From the sequence record OP745616: a DNA stretch of 64,000 nucleotides. One strand, written 5' to 3'. The DNA comes from Escherichia phage E20. Both the position numbers and the translations under genes were made by a program. Under the pieces are notes generated by a model. It worked only from the letters and a program-made list of their open reading frames with translations. It did no database searches and was not told where the DNA came from. Shown in pieces: positions 54,285 to 64,000 of this stretch (the first letter of the stretch is position 1; every line of letters begins with the position of its first letter).

Positions 54285-55487
54285 TTACAGAGGAGCAACA
54301 GTCTTAATCAGAGCCAGACGTTCTGGACGTTTAACCAGGATACCGTAGTACCACTTGATGGAACTGAAGCCAGTCTCACCATACGGATCATTACGGTCAG
54401 CAGTTTCTCGACCAGGCATCTTAGTCATGATGGAGAACTTAACAGACTTACCATCAGTCTGGAAGCCAATGGTAGAGAAGGAGTCATCACCAACTACCAG
54501 CATCGGGAATACGTCGTAGTGTTCTTGACCACTAACCATAGAAGAACGATAACCTGGGTTAGTAGTAACCTGAGCACCAGCACCTGCCCAATGCAGCATT
54601 TCTGGAACCTGGATAATACGGAACTTGTCGATACAACCAATCTCACCATTCATCAGAGTACCAGCATCAGCATAGTGCTGAACCTCGATGAATGCTTTGT
54701 TACCGAACAGGTCTTTCATCGCTTTCAGTTCTGGAACCAGTTCAGAACCAACGTACATTACACGAGTACCACCAAGTACTTTGGTATCAGTAAGTTTAGA
54801 ACCAGTGATGATAGTAGTCTGGGTCGGAGTACGGTTCTCAGTAAGAATCTGGTCAAGACGCATCAGGTTCTTATAAGAAACTACAGACGGGGTAGAACCT
54901 TCGCCAGTGATGGTAGCATCAGAGGTAGCAGCACCTGCATACAGTACAGTACCAGCAGCAGCCAACAGGTCTTTCTGGAGAACAGCTTCAGTCAACTGTA
55001 CAGCACCGTTCATCAGTTCACGAGACAGGTGTTCTTTCAGCTGGTCATCAGAATCAAAGTCCAGGGACTCTTGAGTAAATTCGTAGAAGAAACCGAACTT
55101 ATGAATGGAACCTTCACGAGACAGACGGGTAAAGCCTACACGGTTAACACGACCACCGTTCTCTGACAGCAGAGGCAGTTTAGAGGTGATGTTACCAACG
55201 TCTTTAGAAGAACCGTACAGGTTACCATTAACGATGGTAGCACCGTTGGCATCAATACCCTGGTCGTTAATGTTCTTATCGTCAAGCAGTGGAACGTACT
55301 CATACACCTTAACAGTCTTACCGTAGTGCTTCGGCATGTTAATGGTGTTAGCCAGTGGCATGAAGTACTGGTCTTTACGAGACTGAATAATAGCTTTCTT
55401 CAGCCAGTAATAGGTATTCATCTGGTCGGAACCAGCACCATCAATGCTAGATTTCTGGCCGTCAATTGGGGCGTTATAGTTTAACAT
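54285..55487 (-). CDS. Major capsid protein (N4 gp56-like), 400 aa
   Basis: Size matches N4 MCP (about 400 aa); position between portal and vRNAP; followed by strong hairpin. Confidence 0.6.
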   Translation of the reverse strand: MLNYNAPIDGQKSSIDGAGSDQMNTYYWLKKAIIQSRKDQYFMPLANTINMPKHYGKTVKVYEYVPLLDDKNINDQGIDANGATIVNGNLYGSSKDVGNITSKLPLLSENGGRVNRVGFTRLSREGSIHKFGFFYEFTQESLDFDSDDQLKEHLSRELMNGAVQLTEAVLQKDLLAAAGTVLYAGAATSDATITGEGSTPSVVSYKNLMRLDQILTENRTPTQTTIITGSKLTDTKVLGGTRVMYVGSELVPELKAMKDLFGNKAFIEVQHYADAGTLMNGEIGCIDKFRIIQVPEMLHWAGAGAQVTTNPGYRSSMVSGQEHYDVFPMLVVGDDSFSTIGFQTDGKSVKFSIMTKMPGRETADRNDPYGETGFSSIKWYYGILVKRPERLALIKTVAPL

Positions 55488-55503
55488 ATCATCTTATTCC
55501 TGT

Positions 55504-56724
55504 TTAAAGACTACCCGGTACTGGGAGTTTAGCGAAATCTTCATCACTCATAGCGAGTGGGTTTACAATAGGTGTTGCTTTACGTGTAGCAGCCCGATTA
55601 AGGGAAGCTGCTTTAGCTTGCTCACTGTTAGCCAGAGTCTGCTTAGGTTGTGCTACACGCACTACCGGCTGAACTACTGGTTTAACTGCTTGTACCGGTT
55701 CTGGCTTAGCTACTCGGTTAAATGCCCCTTGTTGTGCAAGGAGGTTACCGACGTGGTTATAAGCCTGAATGAACGGAGTACCTACCGGAATCTGACCTAA
55801 CATCTGAAGACGGTTCACTTCATTTGCAATGGTGTCATAAATACCATTCTCACGTTGTTCGTGAATAGTCTGGAGTAGGCCACGATTCTGGTAAAGAGCA
55901 TCTTTACTGGCAGCATCCCATGTCGAGCCGATAACACCTAATGTAGCTTGTCCTTCTTGAGTAGACTTTAAGTCGTCAATTTCGGTTGCAAAATCTGCTT
56001 CGGTGTCGGTAACACGGTGATTGCCACCCTGGTAGTTAATTTCCTCATCTGGGTTAAAGTCCAGAGGATCTGTACCAGAGTCTTTGAGCAACTTCTTAAT
56101 GGCTTCAGGATTCTTTTTATCCAGGTCAATAAGGAAAGAAAGTTTATCCTCATCCATTAAACCGTTGTTCTGTAACATCAGCATTACCTTACGGTAAGGC
56201 TTTAGTTCTTGCATCTTACGAGTATAGTTAGCACCCATCTGCATCAGGCTAATGGCCTCCTCCGGTGAACGGGGAGTAATCACTTTGCCGTTAGCTTTAA
56301 AAGGAGCCATCAACTTCTCGTAACTTTCCTTATAGTTGAAGTCAGCAGGCAGACCTTCAGACTGTTTGCCTTCTTCTTCCTGTTCCTGGCCTGGTTCAGT
56401 AGTAGAAGGTTCAGCTTTAGTAATCGGCTCGCCGTTACTATCAACTTCTGTGTCAACAACTTTATCATCAACTTTATCAGAAGTTAAAGGATTTGCTGAA
56501 TCTTCTTCATCAGGTTCAATTTCAGGGGAGGTTTCTTCGGTTGGTGGGTTTTCAACAGCAGGGGTGTCAACTTCTTCTTCAGGAGTCTGTACGCCGTTGG
56601 TTTCTGGGTTGTTCTGAGTGGAAGTATCTTCCTCAGCGATAATTGCTGGGGCTTCCATATTCAGAATCTCATCATCCGACATTGCGAGAATGTCGGAAGC
56701 TGTGGCTGCAGCTTCCGTAGTCAT
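55504..56724 (-). CDS. Virion protein with acidic N-terminal region (N4 gp57-like), 406 aa
   Basis: Synteny; possibly scaffold-like. Confidence 0.45.
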   Translation of the reverse strand: MTTEAAATASDILAMSDDEILNMEAPAIIAEEDTSTQNNPETNGVQTPEEEVDTPAVENPPTEETSPEIEPDEEDSANPLTSDKVDDKVVDTEVDSNGEPITKAEPSTTEPGQEQEEEGKQSEGLPADFNYKESYEKLMAPFKANGKVITPRSPEEAISLMQMGANYTRKMQELKPYRKVMLMLQNNGLMDEDKLSFLIDLDKKNPEAIKKLLKDSGTDPLDFNPDEEINYQGGNHRVTDTEADFATEIDDLKSTQEGQATLGVIGSTWDAASKDALYQNRGLLQTIHEQRENGIYDTIANEVNRLQMLGQIPVGTPFIQAYNHVGNLLAQQGAFNRVAKPEPVQAVKPVVQPVVRVAQPKQTLANSEQAKAASLNRAATRKATPIVNPLAMSDEDFAKLPVPGSL

Positions 56725-56743
56725 AGGAAATATCTCCGGTTAA

Positions 56744-57088
56744 TTATTCGTCTTCAGGTTCAGCACGAACTGCGTCGAGTTCTTCTTCTACCTGTAGAAT
56801 AACGTCAGCTTCATTTTCGCCCATGCGAATGGCGAGGTCGAGCCAACGACGTAAGTGACCAGCAGCTTGAGCCATGTTCAATGCATCTGCACGGTTATTA
56901 GCTTCAAGCAGTGGGTCACCAGACTCTTGCACGTAACGTGCACAATCTTCCGTACAGAACTGGCGAAGAATTACTTTACGGAACAGTGGATTCTCCAGAA
57001 GTTTACGTACATCTTCTGCATGTGCAACTGCACCTTTAGCAGCTTCCAGGCGATGTTCCAGTCCAGCGATTGTTGTTTCTTTACTCAT
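56744..57088 (-). CDS. Hypothetical protein (N4 gp58-like), 114 aa
   Basis: Synteny. Confidence 0.45.
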   Translation of the reverse strand: MSKETTIAGLEHRLEAAKGAVAHAEDVRKLLENPLFRKVILRQFCTEDCARYVQESGDPLLEANNRADALNMAQAAGHLRRWLDLAIRMGENEADVILQVEEELDAVRAEPEDE

Positions 57089-57101
57089 GTGAAGGTCTGC
57101 C

Positions 57102-59372
57102 TTACAGGTTCATGCCAAGAGCCGATGCTGGGTCTTGGCTAGGGTCATAGTATTGGGAACTAAGTGAATAAGCCGGGTCTTGCTGAGCAGCTAAATCACG
57201 TTCTGGTATAGAGTTCCCGTCAGTCAAAGTATTATATCCAACAGCAGCAGATATGTTGGGGGTAGTTTCCCCTTCTTTAATAGGTGTTGTCAATGCCTTA
57301 GTTATTTGAAGGTTCTGGTTTCCTTGGGATTGTGCTTTTTGTTTTTCCATATCACGAGCATGTTTAGTACCAGATTCCTGTTCCAGATAATCCAGATCTT
57401 TAAGGTCACCAGCAGAAGCAGCCTCTTTAGCCTTAGCCATATTGAGTGCAATCTTACTTTGTAACTCTTCATTCTCAAGCTGTGCTTTCTGAATTGCCAA
57501 TTGCTTAAGCTGTTCTTCCATAGGGTCTGGTTGTGGTTGCCAAGTACGTAACTCATGGGCCAGGTCAGGCATACGTTTAAGTTCTGCAATTTTAGCTACA
57601 AGAGATAATGTAATAGTCTGGTCAACCGTATTACCCAATGTTTGAACCATGAAGCTCAAGTCCTGGGATTTATGGTTATCAATTTCAGCAGTGTTAATAT
57701 CAACCTCAATGTCGAAGTTACCTTTAAGGTCTTCACGGTTAATCTCTACATACTGCTCGTTAGTAATACGTACTACTTCCTTCTCAGATAAGAACACAGC
57801 ATTCATTGCACAAATCTTAGTACCAATATCTGCCATACCCTTAGCTAATCGACGAAGGATTGCCATCTCACGTTTGGATGCTGCATCAAGTGCTCCACGA
57901 ATACCAGCAGCCACATCTCCATAAGCTGAACCAGTTACACCACCAGAGAATGCTTTAACACCAGTTAGGGATTCAGCTTCCTGGTTTTGCATCTGGGTCA
58001 TTATTATTGCCGACTGAGGTAACTCAGGGAACTTATGTTCCATAATGGCCTGACTAGGATTGCCCTGCATCGGGTTGTATTCATAGTCTTGCCCATCGTC
58101 ATATCGACGGCGGTTTAGTGTATCCAGCATCCCTTTAGGATAACCACGTTGACCATTTGCACTTCGACCTAACAGGTCAATCATCCCACGCATAGTTGCA
58201 CCAAGAATTGCTTGGTTATCTCCTAACAGTTCAGCATCAGCTTCACCGAATAGCTCTCGTTTACGTGGCATGTAAGGAACAACTACCAAAGGTAACTTAC
58301 CATCCGGGAAAGGGTTCTTCTCCATACGAATAAGAGTAGAGCCAATCCAGGTAGCAACAATTGGTTCCAGAGAACCATCATCATTGATGTCGTAAAATCC
58401 CCAGTACTCATAAGCAACGACTTTCTTACGTAGTGCATCCTTAAACTGGAAGTCGCTTGGAGTTTTACTCTCATGGTCTGGATCAGTCATAGGACTGGAG
58501 CTTTCCCAATCAATCTTATCTAAATTGTGGTAACGATCTTTGTTCTTCATGAGGTCTGCTTTACATGTCTCAAACGAGATAACTGCATACAGAGCCTTAT
58601 CCAAATCACCATTACAACTAGGGTCAATAACTACGTTATTAGGGTTAAGCATTTCAACGGTGGGTCTGTTAACCAGTGCCTTCTCTACTTCTACTTCAGT
58701 AACCCCAGTCTGGATTGCATAGGTAGCTTCCCCAGTTTCATTGAAGTAGTTAACAGCTTCTTTAATATCTTCAGGCATTGTTTCATCGTACTCACGAGGA
58801 TTCTCTGCCTGAAGCTGTAAAGCCTGTTGAAGAACATCTGCCTGTTCCTGGTTCTCAATTGGATACAACTGAAATACTGGAGTTTCAGTTTTAATCTTAA
58901 CAGTCTTACGTTCCCAACCAATACGAGCAATACCAGTACCGTCATCTACGACACTGTGTACGTAATCATCTATCAGTTTCACTTTATTAAGCTGGGTACG
59001 GAATTGGTAGTTAAGAACTAATTCATTCTGACGTGCAGCTAATTCATCTTCAAAAGTAACCGGAGTTACTTTAAAGAGTTTATTAGATGAGAGGAATGGT
59101 TCAGACAATGGAGCATATCGCCACTCTGCCTGACGGCGAACCAGTCTAGGCTGGACTTGCGAACGTCCCTTAACCTTTGGGGGTTTAGCCTTACCCTTGA
59201 CTTCCATCAGGTCATTCCACTCACGAATCTGTGCCATAATCGCATCGTGAGCAGGTTTAGCTGATTCCAAATCACCCTTCAGCAATTGGATACTTGGTTC
59301 CTTCTTCCAGTCCGTTATCTTCTCTGATTGAGCCGGGTCTGGTAAAGGCTTAAAAGTGTCTTGGTGTTCCAT
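57102..59372 (-). CDS. Portal protein (N4 gp59-like), 756 aa
   Basis: Size (N4 portal about 760 aa) and position upstream of capsid genes. Confidence 0.6.
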   Translation of the reverse strand: MEHQDTFKPLPDPAQSEKITDWKKEPSIQLLKGDLESAKPAHDAIMAQIREWNDLMEVKGKAKPPKVKGRSQVQPRLVRRQAEWRYAPLSEPFLSSNKLFKVTPVTFEDELAARQNELVLNYQFRTQLNKVKLIDDYVHSVVDDGTGIARIGWERKTVKIKTETPVFQLYPIENQEQADVLQQALQLQAENPREYDETMPEDIKEAVNYFNETGEATYAIQTGVTEVEVEKALVNRPTVEMLNPNNVVIDPSCNGDLDKALYAVISFETCKADLMKNKDRYHNLDKIDWESSSPMTDPDHESKTPSDFQFKDALRKKVVAYEYWGFYDINDDGSLEPIVATWIGSTLIRMEKNPFPDGKLPLVVVPYMPRKRELFGEADAELLGDNQAILGATMRGMIDLLGRSANGQRGYPKGMLDTLNRRRYDDGQDYEYNPMQGNPSQAIMEHKFPELPQSAIIMTQMQNQEAESLTGVKAFSGGVTGSAYGDVAAGIRGALDAASKREMAILRRLAKGMADIGTKICAMNAVFLSEKEVVRITNEQYVEINREDLKGNFDIEVDINTAEIDNHKSQDLSFMVQTLGNTVDQTITLSLVAKIAELKRMPDLAHELRTWQPQPDPMEEQLKQLAIQKAQLENEELQSKIALNMAKAKEAASAGDLKDLDYLEQESGTKHARDMEKQKAQSQGNQNLQITKALTTPIKEGETTPNISAAVGYNTLTDGNSIPERDLAAQQDPAYSLSSQYYDPSQDPASALGMNL

Positions 59373-59380
59373 AGTTATTC

Positions 59381-59908
59381 CTATTCAAAAAGTTTACGGT
59401 CAGCCTGAATTTGTTTACCCAACTCAATTAGTTGGTTGTCACGGAGTCTAACAGTTGCCCGGAGTTCTTCAACCAAACGTCTGCCTTCTTCAAGACTGTT
59501 GTCGAGTCTGGCTGCATGGCTTGCAAGACTTCTGCACTCAAGGGTTCCGGCTTCGGCTTGACGTTTATATACCGATGCTCGTCTTTCAGACTGTTGCATC
59601 CGGCTGTCGTAATCACTGCTAACGCGAGCAAGCTCGCTTGCGTAATTACTCTCAGCCGTCTGCAACCGGGAAGTGAGTAACCCGACTTCATAACTATGGT
59701 TTCTTTGGAGAGCATTGTATTTGTCCTGTAGTTTTTGTATTGCCTTCAGGTCTTCAACCTTTTGGACATCCCACTTCTTTTGAACAGTAGACTGCCCATT
59801 GGAATTGCCCCAAAAGTAAATGGTGGCCCCGAGGACCACCACCAGAAGATAAGGCCAACCTTTAGAGATTAGCATCTTCATTACATGCCTCCAGTGGTAC
59901 ATTACCAA
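59381..59908 (-). CDS. Rz-like i-spanin (N-terminal TM + periplasmic coiled coil), 175 aa; start may be an internal Met
   Basis: TM helix [16 protein letters not shown] then charged coiled-coil; directly downstream of endolysin; contains embedded lipoprotein ORF. Confidence 0.6.
   Translation of the reverse strand: MVMYHWRHVMKMLISKGWPYLLVVVLGATIYFWGNSNGQSTVQKKWDVQKVEDLKAIQKLQDKYNALQRNHSYEVGLLTSRLQTAESNYASELARVSSDYDSRMQQSERRASVYKRQAEAGTLECRSLASHAARLDNSLEEGRRLVEELRATVRLRDNQLIELGKQIQADRKLFE
59428..59691 (-). CDS. Rz1-like o-spanin lipoprotein embedded in Rz in an alternative frame, about 88 aa
   Basis: Signal peptide with lipobox AVITTAG|C, then proline-rich KPKPEP segment; entirely inside Rz gene. 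Confidence 0.55.
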   Translation of the reverse strand: MKSGYSLPGCRRLRVITQASLLALAVITTAGCNSLKDEHRYINVKPKPEPLSAEVLQAMQPDSTTVLKKADVWLKNSGQLLDSVTTN

Positions 59909-60497
59909 TTCGGTTAGCTACCCAACCATACGTAAAGTCTGGCATGTTCAATGAGGTGTAGTGGTTCAGCTGTTTAGCATCAAGTAACTTAATCACTACC
60001 TGACATGCTGCAACTTTGCCTCGTTTTTTCTGTAATGCTTTATATGCATTAACAGTACCTGCACCGACTTTACCATCAACTTGTATTTTAGGGTAGTCTT
60101 TGCCATCACGGGACATTTCATTAAGAGATTGCTGCAACCACTTAGCTGGTCTGGTTACACCGGTATTAACACCAGCATCAACCAGTTTATGTGTTACAGC
60201 AGGAGATATATCAGCGAAGGCTACGAAGTTAGGCTTAAGTACGTAGTCATCAATGTATATCTCAGCAGCCATCTCTTTCGATAAACCCTTCATGGAACCA
60301 TTCCAACCATACTCCGTAGCCAGAACTTCTTTATGAGACTTAGCTACTGATTGGGTAATACCATGATTAGTTTCCCCACCTGGGTCACGGGGATTGTTTA
60401 CGTACCCTCCTTCCATATAAAACACTGCCCCCAGAATAGCAGCGACAACTCCTCCCACTGCACCACCTTTTGCAGCAAGTTTCTGTTTAGCTTTCAT
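59862..60497 (-). CDS. GH108-family N-acetylmuramidase endolysin with N-terminal membrane anchor (SAR-type candidate), 211 aa
   Basis: EGGYVNNPRDPGGETNHGIT catalytic signature; N-terminal GGAVGGVVAAILGAVF hydrophobic helix; C-terminal peptidoglycan-binding-like region. Confidence 0.8.
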   Translation of the reverse strand: MKAKQKLAAKGGAVGGVVAAILGAVFYMEGGYVNNPRDPGGETNHGITQSVAKSHKEVLATEYGWNGSMKGLSKEMAAEIYIDDYVLKPNFVAFADISPAVTHKLVDAGVNTGVTRPAKWLQQSLNEMSRDGKDYPKIQVDGKVGAGTVNAYKALQKKRGKVAACQVVIKLLDAKQLNHYTSLNMPDFTYGWVANRIGNVPLEACNEDANL

Positions 60498-60813
60498 GAG
60501 AATCTTCCTTTGGATGGAATCGTATTAGTCTGCCTACAATGTTTAGGGCAAACAAAGCGATTGTAATGCTGGAACCATGGGGAATATCTTCAAGGATGTG
60601 ACGAGGTAGTCCTGTTAGCATTGGTTGGATAATATCTACAGCAGAAAACAGAATTAACCCAAACGTACTAATCTGAACAGATGCCCACTTCCAGGACTTC
60701 TTCCAGTTAGGTACTAGCCCTATCTTTCTTTTTAGCCTGCAAACCATGCGAATATCTCCCGTCTTGCAGCAGCCAATACACCAATAATTGCACCTGCTCC
60801 AGCCCACACCCAC
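60487..60813 (-). CDS. Holin-like protein with two TM helices (up to 108 aa; likely starts at internal Met)
   Basis: TM1 VQISTFGLILFSAVDII, TM2 SSITIALFALNIVGRLI; immediately upstream of endolysin. Confidence 0.45.
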   Translation of the reverse strand: MGVGWSRCNYWCIGCCKTGDIRMVCRLKRKIGLVPNWKKSWKWASVQISTFGLILFSAVDIIQPMLTGLPRHILEDIPHGSSITIALFALNIVGRLIRFHPKEDSHES

Positions 60814-61064
60814 TTACCAAAAATTCCAGCACCAGCAACTTTATGTTTAATGGTGATGAACTCTTCGATAGTAGGTTCAGACTTAGTGATGCTCTCCTCT
60901 ACCCGTTTAAGTCGGGTACTAAGATCGCCCATAGACTCACTTAGTTTTTTAATAGACTCTTCCATTTTCTCCCTTTCCCTCGCTTCTCGGGTTTGGTTTT
61001 CGAAAATGTTTCTCAATCTCTCTTCGAGTCTGGCTAGAGTTACGTTATCTGGTTCATTTCCCAT
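60732..61064 (-). CDS. Coiled-coil protein with C-terminal Gly-rich TM helix (lysis-cassette membrane protein, possible holin/antiholin), 110 aa
   Basis: C-terminal VAGAGIFGKWVWAGAGAIIGVLAAA. Confidence 0.4.
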   Translation of the reverse strand: MGNEPDNVTLARLEERLRNIFENQTREAREREKMEESIKKLSESMGDLSTRLKRVEESITKSEPTIEEFITIKHKVAGAGIFGKWVWAGAGAIIGVLAAARREIFAWFAG

Positions 61065-61140
61065 AGGGACTTTCTCAGGTTAGTTAAGTCGTGATTGACT
61101 GAAACAGTCTACATAAAGGATTGTTTGGGATACAACAAAA

Positions 61141-61170
61141 AAGCCCCCAGACGGGGGCTTTGTTTTATTT
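61141..61170 (-). terminator. Rho-independent terminator after tailspike gene
   Basis: On minus strand AAAGCCCCC-GTCT-GGGGGCTTT then TTTTTGTTG. Confidence 0.65.
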
Positions 61171-63424
61171 AGGTGTTATCAGCAACTACCTCAAGTACTC
61201 CGTTATTAGAACGAAGGCGTTTGTAAGTACTATCCCCCACATCTCGGAGTATAATCCCTTTGGTAGCATACATAGTACCGAAACGTCCATCCTTAGAACC
61301 AATATCCTGCAAGGAATCTGTTACTGCTGTCATAACCCCTGCAACACGATTAACTTTACGGGCATACCAGACATTTTTGCCAACATCTTTATCCATAGCA
61401 ACATCGAAGTTAAAGTTTGCAGTATTGGTAGATAAACCATTCATTGCTGCACTAGAAGTATCAACAGTAATCTTGAGAGTACCTCCAGTAAGTCCATCAG
61501 CAGAAACGTACAACTCTGCATTCTTAAAGTTACGAATGCCACCTAGACCATTGGCAAAGGTAACTTTAGATGCATCACCATAAACAATTAACCGATTCTC
61601 TTTGAATCGTTCTGCGTAAAGACCGAAAGGAGTAGCGTCCTGATCTTCAATATTAATTGTTGCATGGTTAGTGTTAATGGTGGGTGGGATACCAAATGTA
61701 ATAGTATTCCCTTTAAACTCTTTAACTTTGAAATTCAAACGATACTCATCAGCATAATCATTTGCATATCTGTTCTGAAGTTCACAATCAATAAAGCTAT
61801 AACACTCAAAACCCATAGCAGCAGGCCAGCCAGTATCAATAATACTGCCTATGATGGTTGTGCCTACAAACTTAATATTACGGGCATTACCAGCATTGGA
61901 TACAGCACCCTCAGAGTGCATACTATGTAGCACGCCACCCACAACCAGAATATCGTTAACAGTCCCCGGTACGGATACAGTCTGGAATGCACACTTACCG
62001 GTGTTAACAATTTTAGGGTTAATAACACGAATGTTGTAAGGGTTTCCCCCTTCAGCTTCAATATCAATACCTGCTTCCGGTCCGGTATAATGAGTACCAA
62101 TCCCACCAGCTTTATTGCCTGAGCGGGTAATTACTGGATTAATGATATCAATGTTAGCTCCACCAGTCAGGGAGTAGCAGTTGCGCCCACAGGAATCCCA
62201 GTAACAGTCTTCAATAACAGTGCGTGGAACAATATCCAAGAAACTGAAGCTACCGGTAGATTGATGATATAAGCCATCTACAGGCGAATTAAGGTATTTA
62301 TGTCGGTAAACACGAGCACCTGCTGACTGGTTAATCCACATGTTATAACAAGGAATCTGATAACCAGTGTTACCAAACTTACCCCCCCATACAGCAGAGG
62401 CTAAGTTACCATCACTGGTCCCACCATTAATTACGACGTTAGGTGCTTTGTACAGTTTAATAAGAAAACCTTGGTAAGCCATATAGCTATAATCAGGGGT
62501 TTCAGCTACAACATCCGGTGCAATAGAACCAGTAACAGGATCAAAAGCCCCTAAACGCATACCGTCATTAATCTTAAGTGTCCAGTTACTCATCTCCAGT
62601 TCGATATTAGCATCCGTCATATGAATGGAGAACCAGCCTTTAGCAGAAGCATCTGTCCAGGCACGCTGCTCATAGGAAGGTTTATAAGAACCACCCTGAC
62701 CAGTAGAACCAGTGAGATACTGGGAACCTACTAAACTAGTGCCAGCAGGGAATATCACCTTAACCGGTTCAGTTACCTGTGTGCTTAAGTATTGACCCAA
62801 TTCCCAAAGAGCGTCTGCGTTATCAGCAGAGTCAACAGTTACACCAAAATCCGTAGCATAGATTACACGTCTACCCATTAAATCCATGTTAGCAGCTACG
62901 TTGGTATTAATTGCATTAGGCATACGAACATAGGGAACTTCTTCAGACTTAACTAATGGGCTTAACTTACTCCAGGCATCATTAGCTACACCACCTGAGT
63001 TTTCTGGTGTAGAGGATGCCGGGACAACTTTAGGGAATGCACCATTCCAAATATAATACTCACCATTATGAATCAGTCTTTGGTTTTTAACGGTAAGGGT
63101 AGCCCCAGTAGTAAATGAACCGGGAGAGTTAATATACTCCTTACGTTCTACAGCCAGAGCACCTAAGTCAACATTACCAGCAGAGTGAACTAATACCCCA
63201 GCAGGACTAAGACTTACAGCAGTAACACCTGAACCAATATCAGCAGGTAAGGAGTAAGCACGCTGTGACGCTTTGTCATAGATGACTTTATAACCGCTTA
63301 GTACAGCACCAGTAGAGAAGTAAACAACCTCAGATTGCTTAACCCCAAAGTGACGGGCTACTGCTTGTTTGTTGGTTAAGATTCCAGTTGAACCCTTACC
63401 ACCTTGTGAAAACATTTCGTTCAT
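61169..63424 (-). CDS. Tailspike/tail appendage protein with predicted right-handed beta-helix (possible polysaccharide depolymerase), 751 aa
   Basis: Gly/Asn/Thr/Val-rich repeats typical of beta-helix tailspikes. Confidence 0.5.
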   Translation of the reverse strand: MNEMFSQGGKGSTGILTNKQAVARHFGVKQSEVVYFSTGAVLSGYKVIYDKASQRAYSLPADIGSGVTAVSLSPAGVLVHSAGNVDLGALAVERKEYINSPGSFTTGATLTVKNQRLIHNGEYYIWNGAFPKVVPASSTPENSGGVANDAWSKLSPLVKSEEVPYVRMPNAINTNVAANMDLMGRRVIYATDFGVTVDSADNADALWELGQYLSTQVTEPVKVIFPAGTSLVGSQYLTGSTGQGGSYKPSYEQRAWTDASAKGWFSIHMTDANIELEMSNWTLKINDGMRLGAFDPVTGSIAPDVVAETPDYSYMAYQGFLIKLYKAPNVVINGGTSDGNLASAVWGGKFGNTGYQIPCYNMWINQSAGARVYRHKYLNSPVDGLYHQSTGSFSFLDIVPRTVIEDCYWDSCGRNCYSLTGGANIDIINPVITRSGNKAGGIGTHYTGPEAGIDIEAEGGNPYNIRVINPKIVNTGKCAFQTVSVPGTVNDILVVGGVLHSMHSEGAVSNAGNARNIKFVGTTIIGSIIDTGWPAAMGFECYSFIDCELQNRYANDYADEYRLNFKVKEFKGNTITFGIPPTINTNHATINIEDQDATPFGLYAERFKENRLIVYGDASKVTFANGLGGIRNFKNAELYVSADGLTGGTLKITVDTSSAAMNGLSTNTANFNFDVAMDKDVGKNVWYARKVNRVAGVMTAVTDSLQDIGSKDGRFGTMYATKGIILRDVGDSTYKRLRSNNGVLEVVADNT

Positions 63425-63435
63425 ATAAACCTCAT

Positions 63436-63462
63436 TGTTTTTCTATAAAAGCCCCCTCGGGG
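63436..63462 (-). terminator. Hairpin/possible terminator between tail genes
   Basis: AAAGCCCCC-GAG-GGGGCTTT; short T-run. Confidence 0.4.
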
Positions 63463-63469
63463 GCTTTCT

Positions 63470-64000
63470 TTAAAAGAATTGAGAATCAATTGAGTAGGTA
63501 ATTGTCCCACGTAATTCAGCAGTAGGAGTAATGTCCGATTCTAATAGTGCTGTCGTAGCCTCTTCAGGCTGTTTAAGTATTTGAATTACATTAGACCCTC
63601 TATTCATTACTACAGAAAGTTGTGGGGTTCCTGGTTGCAATCCAGTATATGCACTAATAGTACCACTTGCAGCATTCTTAGCAGGGTAGGGCATATTACG
63701 TATTTGCATAGCACCCGTTTGACCACCTGCACCATTAAGCTTAATAAAGAACTCTACGGTAACTGTATTACCTGTTTTAGTGTACTTAATATCTTTAGTA
63801 GCACCTCCCACATCTGAGGTTACTGAACCAAAAGTAATAGCTGCAAGGGGAACGTCAGCAGTTTCATTCCATGCCTCAAAATTGATGAGGTTGGAATCTC
63901 CAGTTACAATATGTATAAACTTGTTGCTGCCAGTATTAACAATAATCTTAGAGCCAGCAGCATTAGCACTTACCCCAATCTTAGGCAGTTCTCCATTAGA
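63470..64000 (-). CDS. Partial CDS (C-terminal part of a tail fiber/appendage-like protein); N-terminus beyond window edge
   Basis: Reading frame on minus strand stays open from 63811 to position 64000 with no stop; ORF track GTG start at 63811 is probably internal. Confidence 0.5.
   Translation of the reverse strand, partial: SNGELPKIGVSANAAGSKIIVNTGSNKFIHIVTGDSNLINFEAWNETADVPLAAITFGSVTSDVGGATKDIKYTKTGNTVTVEFFIKLNGAGGQTGAMQIRNMPYPAKNAASGTISAYTGLQPGTPQLSVVMNRGSNVIQILKQPEEATTALLESDITPTAELRGTITYSIDSQFF

Noticed and set aside
54066-55166. Plus-strand 366-aa ORF overlapping the major capsid protein gene
   Set aside because: Antisense to the capsid gene; Ser/Thr/Leu-rich low-complexity translation; no start context.
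61864-62106. Minus-strand 80-aa ORF and plus-strand ORFs inside the tailspike gene
   Set aside because: Embedded within a 751-aa beta-helix protein gene in alternative frames.

Overview
This window reads as a near-complete N4-like (Schitoviridae) podophage genome segment, by gene content and order. Plus strand, 1-36.6 kb: an early region of small ORFs punctuated by three copies of a conserved 5-bp-stem/3-nt-loop hairpin (putative virion-RNAP early promoters), then a split T7-like RNA polymerase (RNAPII, two subunits), an Ig-like capsid decoration protein, a MoxR-like AAA+ ATPase with a vWA partner, dCTP deaminase, ThyX, rIIA/rIIB-like proteins, a Dda-like helicase, family A DNA polymerase, a Cas4-like nuclease, primase-like protein, SSB-like protein and RuvC-like resolvase. 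A ~2 kb ORF-free structured region (32.7-34.7 kb) follows, carrying several tRNA-like cloverleaf elements whose anticodon loops I could not fold canonically by hand. Minus strand, 36.6-64 kb: the convergent late module, with the giant 3610-aa virion RNA polymerase, virion proteins, major capsid protein, portal, a lysis cassette (holin-like, GH108 endolysin with N-terminal membrane anchor, Rz with embedded Rz1) and a beta-helix tailspike. All calls rest on motif reading and synteny done by eye; no database searches were run.
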